NCBI GenBank assembly: GCA_036172245.1
Contig: JAYWIR010000001.1
Coordinates: 11,098,001-11,162,000, forward strand
Direction: 5' to 3'
Length of the DNA stretch: 64,000 nt
Source: Raillietiella orientalis
Taxonomy: Eukaryota
Shown here: positions 1-11,800 of the stretch, piece after piece
How the letters are laid out: each line of letters opens with the position of its first letter
Numbering within the stretch: the first letter of the stretch is position 1
Translations under genes and position numbers: made by a program
The notes under the pieces: model-generated
The model's input: only the letters and a program-made list of their open reading frames with translations
Told to the model about the DNA's origin: nothing
Database searches by the model: none

Positions 1-450
1 GGAGCTGTCCTTGCTTCAAACGACGACAGAAGGGACACACGTCCACGGTGATTGCATTCTGCAAATCTGCAAAGGAATTCCTTGGTCACGAAGCTTATCG
101 CCACAGAATGCGTGCAACTGTCCTTTTCAGTCCAACAGCCACCGATAAGAATTCCTATGACGACGGATTTCCAGAATCTTTCAGAAGGATGCACACTTCG
201 TGCCTGCCATTCTATTCACAAGGCTCGGAAGTTTGGTCCTGGATGTACCGCGATGGTGAAAACCCGTGATGGTGGTCCACGTTTTTTGGTTGGCATTTTC
301 TGTTGTTTCAAAATCAGGCCTCCGATTCAAAAGCACAAGGACCACAAGTTAAAGAGAAGTGTGTCAGTAATGAAATCCCACAGAAGCGGGCGATTCCGAT
401 TATGCCTTCCTAAGCTCGGAAGTCTGAAGAATCCTCCGAGATATCTCCCC
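1..450 (+). mobile_element. Decayed Gypsy-like integrase C-terminal fragment
   Basis: KARKFGPGCTAMVKTRDGGPRFLVG resembles the post-integrase F-x-x-G-D-x-V-x-V-K...W-x-x-G segment; RSGRFR...PPRYL resembles the pol C-terminal RRSxR..PPxxL. Frameshifted. Confidence 0.4.
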
Positions 451-1046
451 AATGGCCAAAATCAGAAACTGCCTCCCATGATCAATATACGATTTTCTCA
501 CCTCACATTCATTTATACCGGTAAGTCAGGAGAAATTCACTCGCATTCATAGTATTCAGCCCCAGAACTGGGGAAGCGGGGGATTCGAGGTTAACTTTTT
601 AAAAGGAAAATCCGACATTGAAAATTGCAAATACTTCCTTAACAGGCGGTAAAAGGTTTTCTCACTAAAGGAACCGCAGCTTTGGTTTTGGAACCACCTA
701 TTTGGTACATTATGACATCGCGGCTATTCTGATCATTTAATGCCACCGCGGTTCGGATGCGACTGCAATTTCTGCCACCCAATGGACCAAACCGGTCGGC
801 TCCGTCTCTCGACACGAGAAAGACCGTGGTCCCTCAAAGTGCGAGGGATGCCTGTCCTCCGGAGCAACTCAAAAAAAAAAAAAAAAAAGGTGCACACGTA
901 CACCACAAACAGGTGTGCACACGTACACCAGAAAACCGTTAAGAGCTCCGCTGGGCTTTCGATGCCATCACTTGGCACAAACAAAAACATTGGGGCATGC
1001 TTGGCATTAACTATAAAAATAATTTTATTAATTTGGTCTCCAGAAA

Positions 1047-1090
1047 GGAGAGAGAAAGAGGGAGGGAGGAGAAGAGAGAGAGAGAGAGAG
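1047..1090. repeat. (GA)n / purine-rich microsatellite downstream of the dystroglycan stop
   Basis: Directly visible GA-rich run. Confidence 0.9.
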
Positions 1091-1380
1091 AAAACAAACA
1101 ATCATTGATTTGGAAACATCAAGAATATCAGAATCGAGGCTTTCCTGATTTCACTGGCACCAAAGAATACAATACAAAAATAGGGGCAAAGTAGTACCAC
1201 TCATTGGAGAGGCTTTCCATTTGTATCAACATGAAATCACGAACAGTGAAATGTTACTTAAAAAATTAAAGTTTCCATGATTCTAGTACGTAGACATAAA
1301 CAGCATCAAAGAGAAATCTTTTAACATCCTGTTAGGCACATAAAAAACAATATTAAGTAACTTTTAAATGTTATTATTTG

Positions 1381-3094
1381 CTAAGGAAGAATCTCTGAAG
1401 CTACAGGTTGATAATGTGGGGATGGTACTTTCCTCACAGCACTCCGGCTGTTACTGGAAGGAAAAGGAGGAGGGGGATTATAGGAATTATCTCCTGTAGG
1501 CAAAGGATCATAACCACTATTTCGAGGGTTTCTACCACTCTCAAGAAATGAAGACTGTGAATATCTTGGAGGCGGTACATCTCGATTTTGAGGTGAATAC
1601 ACTGGGAGTTTTACATGTTCATCTTCATACTCATTGGGTAATATAGCTGGGATACCTTTCCCCAGCCCTTTACGGTGGCTGGCCACATTCATTCTACCTG
1701 AACGTCTTTTCTGACAAAAGCAGCATGCAGCCATTGCAGCAACAAACAACATGACTGCAATAATAATTGATGGCACTACAAATGTTACTAAAGAATCATC
1801 ATCCTCAAGTATCTTCCCTGTTGGTTCTAGCATAGGATGAATAGCCTGCAAAGGGGGAACTTTACCAAGGCAAGCATTCAATGGAGTTACTTCGGCACGT
1901 GTCACCATAAAAGGAGGAAGGAACGCTTGATGCAAGTTCTCATTCATAGAGCCATTAGGATGGACCAAAAATGAGCTCAAGTGATTTATTAAGGTGTTAT
2001 GGCAAGGATACCCAGGAATGCTCGAATTATGCCAGCTGACAATAAGAGATCCAAGGGATACGGACGAAATCAAAATGTGCCTGGTGTCCTTATCTTTATA
2101 CAGTCTTTGGATAGATTCCACTAATTGAACACGCATATGTGCGTTCACTATAAAAGATACATAAGATACATGGAAATGTAAAGTGAATAGGACTGGTGCC
2201 ACATCTCTAATGTGAGATTTCTCCACCACTACAACTAAAGCATCACGTGCTTTGAGACCAGCACTGTTGGTGCACACCAATGAGTATTCTACTTGACCAA
2301 CATCATCTGGTAATGGTAAACCATAAAATTCTTGGTTTTTTGAATCAAATTGTAGCCAGTTTGATCGGCTAACTGGTTGCTGATGTATAGTCAATAATTC
2401 TAAAGCCATATTTCTTGTGTCTCCGTCTTCAATATCATAAAACGTATTCAAAGGTACCGTATAACGTAATAGCCTGCCAGCTGTAACATTCAAGAAATCT
2501 ACATGGTTCACAATAGTTGGTGGCAAGGAGTATTTCGTGAAGGCATCCGGAGAGCGTGATGATGAGCTAGGACTCACTGCCTGGCAGCGATTATGAAGTT
2601 TTAGTCTCACTCTTTTTATAAGCAGCTCTGGCGACAAAGCATTTTGCAGAGCACTGGTTGGATCATCCTCTGAGTTTGCTACCAGCAGCTGCTGACAGTA
2701 AGAGAGGCAGAATACAATAAGTAGGCGTCTTACCTGGCGCATGTTCTCCAACTCTTTGCTGGGACATGTATCTTTGCGTACAGTATCATTGGACCATGTT
2801 AGAGCAACTTCATTTTCCTCCAGGCTAAATTCGTGGACATATACTGATCCGAGTGAACTCTGACCAAACAGGCCAACGAGCTTTGTCAATATTTTGAACT
2901 TAAACTCCACTGGAACCAGTATTTCTGGGCGATACTTCTTCGCAACTTTCATATGCATAGACACTTCATGGTTGAAATTCCGAATCTGATGATGCTGACG
3001 TACTCGAAAAACCAGCGTATCATTGGCACTAGCACCCTCCTTATCCATCGCTATTAAATGCAGGATCCACTCTCCAATTTCGTTCTCTGTAGGT
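1381..3094 (-). CDS. Dg: Dystroglycan terminal coding region (CADG2 end, SEA1, CADG3, SEA2, TM, cytoplasmic tail); probably split by a 42-nt intron at 2692-2733
   Basis: TTCCAG acceptor at 3095 continues in frame into the 555-aa ORF (1381..3048); TM SLVTFVVPSIIIAVMLFVAAMAACCFC. Confidence 0.95.
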
Positions 3095-6000
3095 CTGGAA
3101 GCAACTTACTTAAAAAACACAGCAGACTTTCTCTTACAATCCATAAATCTCTTTTTTGAAAAGATCGAACTGGATCCAGAAGTCAGGTAACAGTTGCTGG
3201 TTGTCCTGATTCCTTAATGTAAGTCCTAAATTGCGAACATTCCCATCTTCAAAATCGACAAAAGCAGAATCTGGAATAGTAAATCTAGAAAAGCACACAA
3301 TAAAGGAGCTCATGTAGATGTTTACCGAAAGGGTTTGCCAGCAGTAAGTGCTTGTTTCGGTATTCTTTGTCCTATCTTAGGAGGGTAATTCTTGGGCTCG
3401 TAAGTCACCTGTTCCTCATATACAGAGGGCAAAGAATCTACGGGCTTGTTTGAAGAAAATGAATGCAACGTAGGGGTAACTGAAGCTGGCGAAAACACTG
3501 GGCTGGAGAACATGGAATGCCTCAACACAACTGAGCTCTAGTGAAAATGGAAACTTTCTCAACATTAGTTATTTTCTTACAGAGAAAGATGGTTCCACTA
3601 GATCGTTGTCTAACTCTGGTGGTTCTGTTCGAAAAGGGAGCTGTGATGGCTGGATTGAATCCTAAAACTATAGAATAGCAAAGAACTGTACAAAGTAATC
3701 TCTACTCACAAGAGCAGGAGCAAAAGCAAGAGCAGGAGCAGGAGAGTGCGACTCTTCAGACGCAACAGAAGCACTTGATTCAAAACGCTGGAAAACGGAT
3801 GTAGGAGTTACAGATGTCAGTTCTGTAAACACTGGTGATAAAAGAGTAGGCAAAAGTGTTTCATGTTCAGATTCCTGTTCTTCTTCGTAATCATCTACAT
3901 CATCATCTCCTGACCCTTCCTGAAATACGGCGTTCTTGAAAAAGGAAAAACGTCTTTGAAGTACAGACCACTTCGCGTTTCGATCGGTTCAGCAACGGCT
4001 GAACTGCTTTGACATTCCATCCTGCAAGAGGCAGACCAATCAAATGTTCCAGGTGTCCATTGCTAATGTAATTTTCCAAAGTTGTGGAAACAATGCTACA
4101 GCACGAATTTTTTTCAACGCAGCCAGCTTTCAGTTGAAGAAGAGAATGCACGGGAAACGTGATGTTGCTTGATTTTATGCTTGCATGAATACCACTGTCC
4201 ACATCATCGGACTTGACGGCTCCCACGAAAATATCATCCTACAAAACGCACAAACACATGGAATGATGATGATGCTACATAACGGTAAGCTTCGAACGTA
4301 ACTTGAGGAACGCTCGACACAATGCCAGAAAGAGGAGAATTCTTACCAGTGACACGCCTAAGTAGCGGGCAACAGTTTTCACCACTTCTATCCATTTTTT
4401 GGTACCGACGGCATCGAACCTTTCTTTAAAAAAAATTGTCGCGACAAGTGCTTGACTGTCGAGACTGCTGCAGCACACAGATGTGACCCTGGGAACGACC
4501 TCGATGCTGAATTTATCCTTGGCGCGGTCAGCTGAATCGGATCCCACAGCTTCGACATCGACGTATATGTGACCGCCATCGGCGTCAGAAGGGATTCCTT
4601 CAAACTCTCTTGCAATCGGATCGAAACTTAACCAAGTGGGTGAAAGAGATCCTTGGTAATCGACCTAAAACGCATTTGCCGTCCATTAAATCGAGAAAAA
4701 TCGACTTCTGCGAAACTGAATCAGCTCTACGGGATGCATCTGAAGAGTGCATTACGCAAGGGCAGGCGGTTACGCCGTGAAGAAGATGTCAACAGGTTTT
4801 GCATTTCGATGAACCAGTGCTCATCACCACACAACCGGAAATAATCACATGAGCCAGGCAGACAGCTCTCCAAATTACTGCTTTGGCATACAAACCGAAA
4901 CACACGCACAAAAACAACTGCAAAATCCACTCTCCTTAAACTTCGAGGGGCATTATGAACACTCGAAAAATGCAATGAAAGCACAGCCTGATACAAGAAG
5001 CAACATCACGATACTTATGTTCCAAGAACATTCTAGAATAATCCACAGGGGAGACACTGACCCGAACCACGGATCGCGCAAAGAGTGGACACTTGGGAAA
5101 CCATCCGGGCTTTCGCTGCCACCGTGGCAGGTCAATTTTCGGTTTATCATGCGGAGCTCGGTAGCAGAGATCAACAACACATCTTTCTACGCTTGGATGC
5201 TGGAAGCTTCCAGAGCCGGCAAGTCTTTTTTTCTTCATTCATTTCACAGCGGTACATTTGAACGGATTTTACACGTCGATTAAGGGCAGCGTACTTTTTC
5301 TAAACCACAGATCATACAAGCTAAATTGCATTCGTGAACGTAAGACCTTTCTAAATACGAAACGAAAGGGCGCATCTTAGATGGCATTGCAATAGAGAAA
5401 GGAATACAAGTGATTTTTATAATTTGCCGGCAGCTCGTGACCGCATTCGCGTGTGCTTTGCAAGGATTAAGTTTTCTTCCCAGTTTCGAGCGACAGGAAA
5501 TGGGTTTGAAGAGCTTGCATCTGTATCCGATGGTTTCGCCGTGGAACCACGAGATGAAGGGGCGTTCTCGTGGAGTTACTTTGAAGGGGTGCAGTGGTTT
5601 TCTTCGTGGCAAGTGCAAAATTTTCAAATGCCAAAAATGCGGCACACGGATAAAAGCTGAACGCCACGGGGCGAAACCTACGATTGTTTCTGGAAGGCAA
5701 TCGCAAAAATTACTTGGGAATAACCGGGTGTAGGTTACAAGAAGCAAGACAAGACTTTGCAACTGTTGGTTCCCACAGTCAAGGGAAACCCTGCTATGGA
5801 AAACGGGAAGGGATGTTTGGGCTTAAACCACGTTGAGATGCCTCAATGACCGGGAAAGGCCACTGTTACCGTCCTTCCTGTAAGGGTATACGGAATCTTT
5901 TTTTAATCTTTCGGCAGAAATCTTCCTGACTTTCGACTTGACAGCTGCATCCCTCGGCTAGGGGAATGCCCTTTTCCAGGCTCGTTCGAAGCTGCATTTT

Positions 6001-7430
6001 GTGACTTTTACACAAGCTTTGGCAAAATTAGCTCGAACGTACTTTCAAGGCTTACACAGACATACGTTTCAACAACATGAAAGTCTTCCTCACGGGAAAC
6101 TGCTTCAGTGCGAACAAACATGGCGGTGAGGAGAACCTTTGTCTTTGAAAAAGAGACCTTGGAAACCACTTTGCCTCGAAGTTTCAACGCTGAAACCTTC
6201 GAGGAACACACACACTGGAAGTGCAGCCACGCAACTTCAGGTGACATGAGGATTGCAGGCCACCCGAAGATCGCTTACGAAATTCTTCGTTGCCACTAGG
6301 TTCATTTCAAGGCGAGGCATAGGGATGCTGCAATCATATTTAACCACAGAATGTCTTTTACTGTTTGTTCCCATTTCACGTAGGCAGGTCTCCAATGCCT
6401 CCAATGTATTCAGTAGGCTAACAACCTTTGTGCCTTTTCTTCGATCCCTTTCTACATCACAGGTTCTCTTTACCTGCAGTCTCCTTCATAGATAAACGGT
6501 GGCTTACTGAGTTTCATTATCCCTTTGACTGTCTTGTTTTTTCATGTAGCTTTTTTCACCTTCCACTACAAAAGCAACGTCAATTCAGTTTGTTGTGTTC
6601 GCTTTCTTTCGTTTTTAAGATAAATCTGATGTACTCTATGTAAAGACCATGAAATCAAACATGCATTCCTACACATCAAGTCACCAAAAAGGGGGGGGGG
6701 GGAAGTCGTGACATACACAAAGGAGACATCCATTAAAAAAAAAATCGTTCTGCTGCAGCTCTTAAGAGCAGAACGAAAAAACAGCGTTGCCCTCAGAATT
6801 TCTGAAATCTGAACTCACCGAGCAGCCCGAAACATAATAGATAATCTTCCTGTGTGCGTGCTCTTCCCCAGTAGCCTTATTTACGAGCTGATCGCTACCT
6901 AGACAAATTGATTTGAAGAAGAACAGATAGTACTGTCCTTCTGTATCATTGTGCAAATAATCTCTGCATTCGCATTTTCCGATTTCCCTCTCAAGCATTG
7001 CATTTCGGAGACTTTTTCTTTCCTTTTTTTTTAAAAAAGGAAGAAATTACTATTATTATTATTCCGCCCATCTACAGCGTCGCTGTCTTTCTCCTACTTC
7101 CCTTCTTTGGCAGGAGAAGTTACGCCAGCCAATGCAAATAAAATTCCTCCAGCTTGCGCAACTTTAGCTTTCGAAATGTTTCATCTTAGGTGAAGTTATT
7201 TACGGAAGCACCGATGGGCGCCGACCGTTCCGCGGAAGACACCGACTTTCCTATCTTCGGTGTGTATAAATTTTTCCCCGTGTAAAAAGTCAGATTCGTA
7301 CACACCGAAGTACGCAAAAGTACTTTTTCCAGCATGTGCATTCTCCACACAAACAAAACCGCTGACTGCGATGCGAGTTTGCCACGAGTTTACCAGCATA
7401 TACGACACGGCATTCTTTTCTTTTCCTCTT

Positions 7431-7463
<33 letters not shown>

Positions 7464-7719
7464 TGAAAACTTGCTCAGGGCATAGTGATTTTACCTTGTA
7501 GTGATTTATTTTTCCATGAAATGCATCGTCTGGAATTTTATGGTTAAAATATCTACCAACTACCGCAGATGCATCGGGGATACCCCAAAACCTCTTCACG
7601 GCCGGTTCTTGGTCAAGCCAGATATCATCAATATCGTTCCGTAGAGTTTCTACGTCAAACGAAAATCGGGTACTGTCTGCAAAATCCACCAAATTCACAA
7701 TTAGTAACAGAAACAGCAT
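1381..7719 (-). CDS. Dg: Dystroglycan (alpha/beta-DG precursor), 9 coding exons
   Basis: Hand-spliced model, all GT-AG, frame preserved: 7719(or 7788)-7495, 4664-4347, 4238-3969, 3919-3710, 3661-3581, 3537-3326, 3284-3138, 3094-2734, 2691-1381 = 1044 aa from ATG 7719. Signal peptide, three cadherin-like CADG domains (WLSFDPIAREFEGIP; WIQFDLFKKEIYGLP; WLQFDSKNQEFYGLP), furin site RSKR, S/T/P mucin-like region, SEA cleavage motif GSLIVSW, TM helix followed by KRRSGR, Pro-rich tail with PPPRY. Confidence 0.95.
3138..3284 (-). CDS. Dg: Dystroglycan coding exon 7 (CADG2)
   Basis: FTIPDSAFVDFEDGNVRNLGL...WIQFDLFKKEIYGL; TTCTAG acceptor, GTAAGA donor; 147 nt, phase 2-2. Confidence 0.9.
3326..3537 (-). 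CDS. Dg: Dystroglycan coding exon 6 (mucin-like to start of CADG2)
   Basis: ...KNYPPKIGQRIPKQALTAGKPFR, typical DG Ig-like start; donor GTAAAC at 3325. Confidence 0.85.
3581..3661 (-). CDS. Dg: Dystroglycan coding exon 5 (mucin-like)
   Basis: TTTTAG acceptor, 27 open codons, donor GTAAGA at 3580. Confidence 0.75.
3710..3919 (-). CDS. Dg: Dystroglycan coding exon 4 (acidic + mucin-like)
   Basis: TTTCAG acceptor, EGSGDDDVDDYEEE...PTLLSPVFTELTSVTPTS, donor GTGAGT at 3709; 210 nt. Confidence 0.8.
3969..4238 (-). CDS. Dg: Dystroglycan coding exon 3 (S6-like domain, furin site RSKR)
   Basis: TTGTAG acceptor; GHLEHLIGLPLAGWNV...NRSKREV; 270 nt. Confidence 0.85.
4347..4664 (-). CDS. Dg: Dystroglycan coding exon 2 (CADG1, start of S6-like domain)
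   Basis: TTTTAG acceptor, VDYQGSLSPTWLSFDPIAREFEGIPSDADGGHIYVDVEAVG...KDKFSIEV, donor GTAAGA at 4346; 318 nt, phase 0-0. Confidence 0.9.
4750..6300 (-). mobile_element. Decayed L1/Tx1-like LINE ORF2 (APE + RT start) inside the large dystroglycan intron
   Basis: Collinear degenerate motifs: LTAMFVRTEAVSREEDF (NVYAP..R..FF), FWHLKILHL (YWKLNxSLL), ESPDGFPS...VSPLW (PGPDGFP), CDYFRL (NCDYKIL). Many frameshifts. Confidence 0.55.
7495..7719 (-). CDS. Dg: Dystroglycan coding exon 1 (signal peptide + start of CADG1); upstream in-frame ATG at 7788 also possible
   Basis: MLFLLLIVNLVDFADS...WGIPDASAVVGRYFNHKIPDDAFHG; donor AAG|GTAAAA at 7494; candidate acceptor TTTCAG ending at 8090. Confidence 0.85.
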
Positions 7720-10700
7720 ATTTATGTTTACTAAAACATAACATAATATGCCTTCTGCTAAGTAATATGTGATTTTGCGGATGAACATCACGTTCCCAAG
7801 AACATTCTTCAGGCTTCAAAACACGGATAATCTGAAATACAGGTTCATTATTTTCAAGACCTGAAGGTTCCTCGTCAAAATTCTGTTCATTCATTTTCGC
7901 CAACATCTTTTGAACTTTGCCTTTCATGCCAGAAGTCTCGTGATAAAAGGAGTGGCAGTACCAATCAAATAACGATCTTTGCTGTGGAAAGCGAACTTCC
8001 GGTTAGAAAATCGTCTTTAAAATCCGCCTTTTAATCGCCTTTAAAATCCGTCACCCCTATGAAGTGATCCTTTCCAGTGTCACAGAAGCCTGAAATGAAC
8101 ACTCGGCAACTACGAAAGCAGGGCGAGCAGCAAAAAACCGCCACTTCGTTGCTAAACACCGAGTTTCATCGAGTTCTGTGAATAAAGTTGGCTACGGATT
8201 GGGTGCCGTCTGTACACGGCCAAAGTACGCAACAGTACGAAATTTTCTGCTTTTCCACATTTCTGCCATGCTACGCCTCGGAGCACCATAGGCAGCTGAG
8301 TCGGAAAAAGCGGCAAGTTGAGGAATGGGGAGGGGGGAGGGGTGTCCCAAGACTGCAAACGCGTTGAGAATGTGCAGCCTGAGTTTTTCTTTTTTCCTCT
8401 TTTTACGGATGGTTGCGAGCAGATGGACACGGGAAAAGTGTTTTCCGAAAAGGAAAAGCATTAAGTGTGTCACGTCTGTCGAATTAAAAAAAAATGTACC
8501 GACTCCAACACGAGCTCTCGAACTCCCGATTACACAACCAGGTCAGCCAGCCGAAATAGTCGATGCTAAATCGCCAGAAAGTTATTTTGATCGAGAAACT
8601 GAACAGAACGAGCACATCCTCATTCAGAAGTGCGTGCCAATTCGAAAGGAAGAAAAAAAAAAAAAAAATACACGAAACAAAGACTCACTCAGCTTCCAAA
8701 TCCAGGTTATGCAACGAAACCAACAGGTGGACATGGGCGCCAAACGCGGGTTCCCTAAGCTAAATTGGAACGAGCCCGAGAGAAATTTCTGCTGAGACCT
8801 GGTGGTGGTGGTGGTAGGAACAGAGAGGTTTCCGATGGGCCACAGAGGGACACGTGCCATTCCTGCATTCGTCCCAAACGGCTTTCCCGATCCTCGAGAC
8901 GCTTTCCGTTCACGGCATGAAAGCTAAGCTTATCGATAACCCAAAGCCGACTGAAAAATAAGCACCCCATGAAACGCTATGATGCAGATGGGGAAAAAAA
9001 GGGGGAAAGAAAAATTTTGCTTTTCCTTTACCGGATTTGGACTCGGCACAGAACATGTCACTTCACCTTTACCAGAAGCAAATGACTGCGACAACTTCGG
9101 CGGGCAAACCGAGCGGCAACGTCCACTCGAGCCACCCCGGCAGATCCACGGGGATTCACACCAAAATCACACTGAATGGCTGCACTTCAGGCAGGAACGC
9201 AGCAGACAGGTCCGCTTGCGTGTTTCCAAGCCTCTCCCCCCCCCCCCCTCGCCCAACGAAAACGCATCATCCAGACGAAATTCCTCACCAGTATCTCACC
9301 GTGCGCCGAAGAAAGGGAAGAACCCGGCAATGTTGAGAATCGACTGCCATTCCGCCTCTTCCTACACCTCCGCCCCCCCCCCCCCCCACTTACAGCCCAC
9401 AAAAGAACTTGGAAAACAATGGGGCACACAAATGAATATGCAGTGTACGGCAAAATGGGTGTCGAAAAACCGAGAAAGAAACACCGCTGTTTAAACGATT
9501 ACCTGATCTTGTGGAACGGTGCAGACGAGAGCAAAGTCGGCAAAATGAACCGTTTCCGATCAGTTCTGTGGACCGCGACTTCCGGCAGGATTTTGGCTGT
9601 GAATTTGGCACATGAGAGTGCACGCCGCCCGGAACGGCGTGAGGACAAGACCAGAATCCCTGTAAGGTCAACCAAAGGCTCAAATGCTAATGGTGACCTG
9701 AGGCAAGACCACTGCACAGCTGCTCGTCATCACTCACACGCGATTTCAGGATAGACTGTGGGCATAAATTCCGCCGCAAGGCAGGAGGAGGTACATGTAA
9801 TTCCCCCCTCCCCCTTCATCCCCTGACCTACGAACACATGCAACTGCATTGAAAGCTGCCGACTGTTCTGTATACAAGAGCATCTGATGGTCAATCGATT
9901 CCACAAGTGAAGATCCCAAAATGTATTTCACCACAGCATTTGTAGGTCAAAAACAAATGGGTCAGAATAAGCACACAAGGACCCCCAAAAAAACAAAAAG
10001 AAATCATTATAACAGTGGGGAATGATCCCATAACACGTATGACTTTTCAGTCCTCGGAATTGAGCTGCTTGTGGGCATTTAAAAATACTTCTTGAACATT
10101 TAGAAACAAAAACCTGCCAATCTTCGAAAAAAGGAAGACAGGACATCAGACCATTTACATGCTAAGTATGGACGGCTAAAGATCATCTTGTTTTGGCAAC
10201 AGCAAAACATTATTAGAGTGAATCATACATCACACTTACATCTTTTTCCAACTAGCATCCTATTGTAAAAAAAAAAAAAAGGAATGTGTGATACTCAATT
10301 TACTTTGTTTTAGATACTGCAAATATTCCTTTTAATTGTAAATAACTTTCGACTTCACAATAACCTAAAATTTGAATACCACAATAATTCAAATACTTTT
10401 ACGAACTACACATTTTGAAAGCTTCTTTTTCATGCATGTTTCCATGAGGACTGCCTAGGCTCTAAACTGAACTGCTAATGGTTCTGTGTATTAGGAAACC
10501 AGTGGAGGCACTTTCTTTAGGTAGACTCAACAGCCCAAACAGAGCAGAATGCAGAAAACAAAAACAAAAAGAATGCTTTCGAACGTTCTAACTCCTTATA
10601 ATACCAATTCTTTTTCAATGCTGCAACAAACAGAAGCAGCAATACAATTTGCATTTTTTAACGATTGCCACAAACACACGATGAGCAATGAACATGTGTG

Positions 10701-11690
10701 ATCTGAAGATGCACAATAAATTCAATAAGCCAATCTTTTGCACCTCACAAATTAGCTAATACAAATTATAGTCAACACACCCCTAATCTGTTGGATGTCA
10801 GTTGTTTTGAATATCACAGAGGACTGACAACAATTTGATCTAAATGAAAGGTCTTGCAGATAAGTTGCCTGAAAACATACATGAATGTATGCTTTCAACC
10901 AATTGGCAGAATACATGTGTACTCTCCCAAACAGCTTTCTTTCCTACTTTTACACAATGCCCATTCCCTGATAAAACACAGGAATAGAGTTCATATGTAC
11001 TTTGGAGAAAATGCACATGAACAGTAATTCAAGGGTATTTTTTTGGTTTCTTCACAGCTAGTTCCTTTCTTATAAGCACAATATATGTAATACATAAAGT
11101 TGCCTTCTGGTTATAATACATGTTGTTAACACATTTACAAGACACCCATATTTTTGAAATATTTCTTGTGGAAATTTTTTTTTTTCCACTTTTTTTTTCC
11201 TATATCACCACTCAACTTTTCAATTAAAACTTACCATCGTATGAATTTTCTGGCAAGTAATGACAAAGTTAATCGAACAAAACCCAATGGGGAAGTAATT
11301 CCTTCACTGGCATTATAATTTCTGACATGCATCAAACACATTACTTTGTTAGTCATGCAAAAATCTCGATTGGAAACTCAAGTAATCAACGAAAAGTGGC
11401 AAACACATGCAAAACAGGCATAGACTCCCGAATTCAAAAACCCACTTTCTACCGAAAATTTCCATTTTAGCACACTAAGAATGCTCTGCACCCACTATTT
11501 ACCTTCGGGTCTAACTACTTGTCACATCTCCTCGTACTCTTTTTACATTTCACGTGCCTTATGAATTCCGGCAATTGCAAGTGCGTGGGAAGTGTACTTT
11601 TAATTACATGGCATTAGGTTATTGCTACCGTCGTTTCAGTACCCCACAAGTGATTAACTTTGCAAATTATCCCCTGACACTTTGCAGAAC

Positions 11691-11800
11691 ACTTACCCGG
11701 GGCAACGACACGAACGGTGGCGCTCGAGGCAGACAACACGCGAGGGAGCGAAGCTTTCCGGCCGGGGAAAAAAAGTGGGGTAAATATAAACGTGTCGTGG
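11691..11800 (-). promoter_or_regulatory. Candidate non-coding first exon / promoter region of dystroglycan
   Basis: Consensus donor CGG|GTAAGT at 11696 on the minus strand, in a CpG-containing patch directly upstream of a CpG-poor stretch. Inference only. Confidence 0.3.

Noticed and set aside
890..930. 16-bp direct repeat GTGCACACGTACACCA, two copies
   Set aside because: Only two copies with a 9-nt spacer; simple local duplication, not CRISPR-like.
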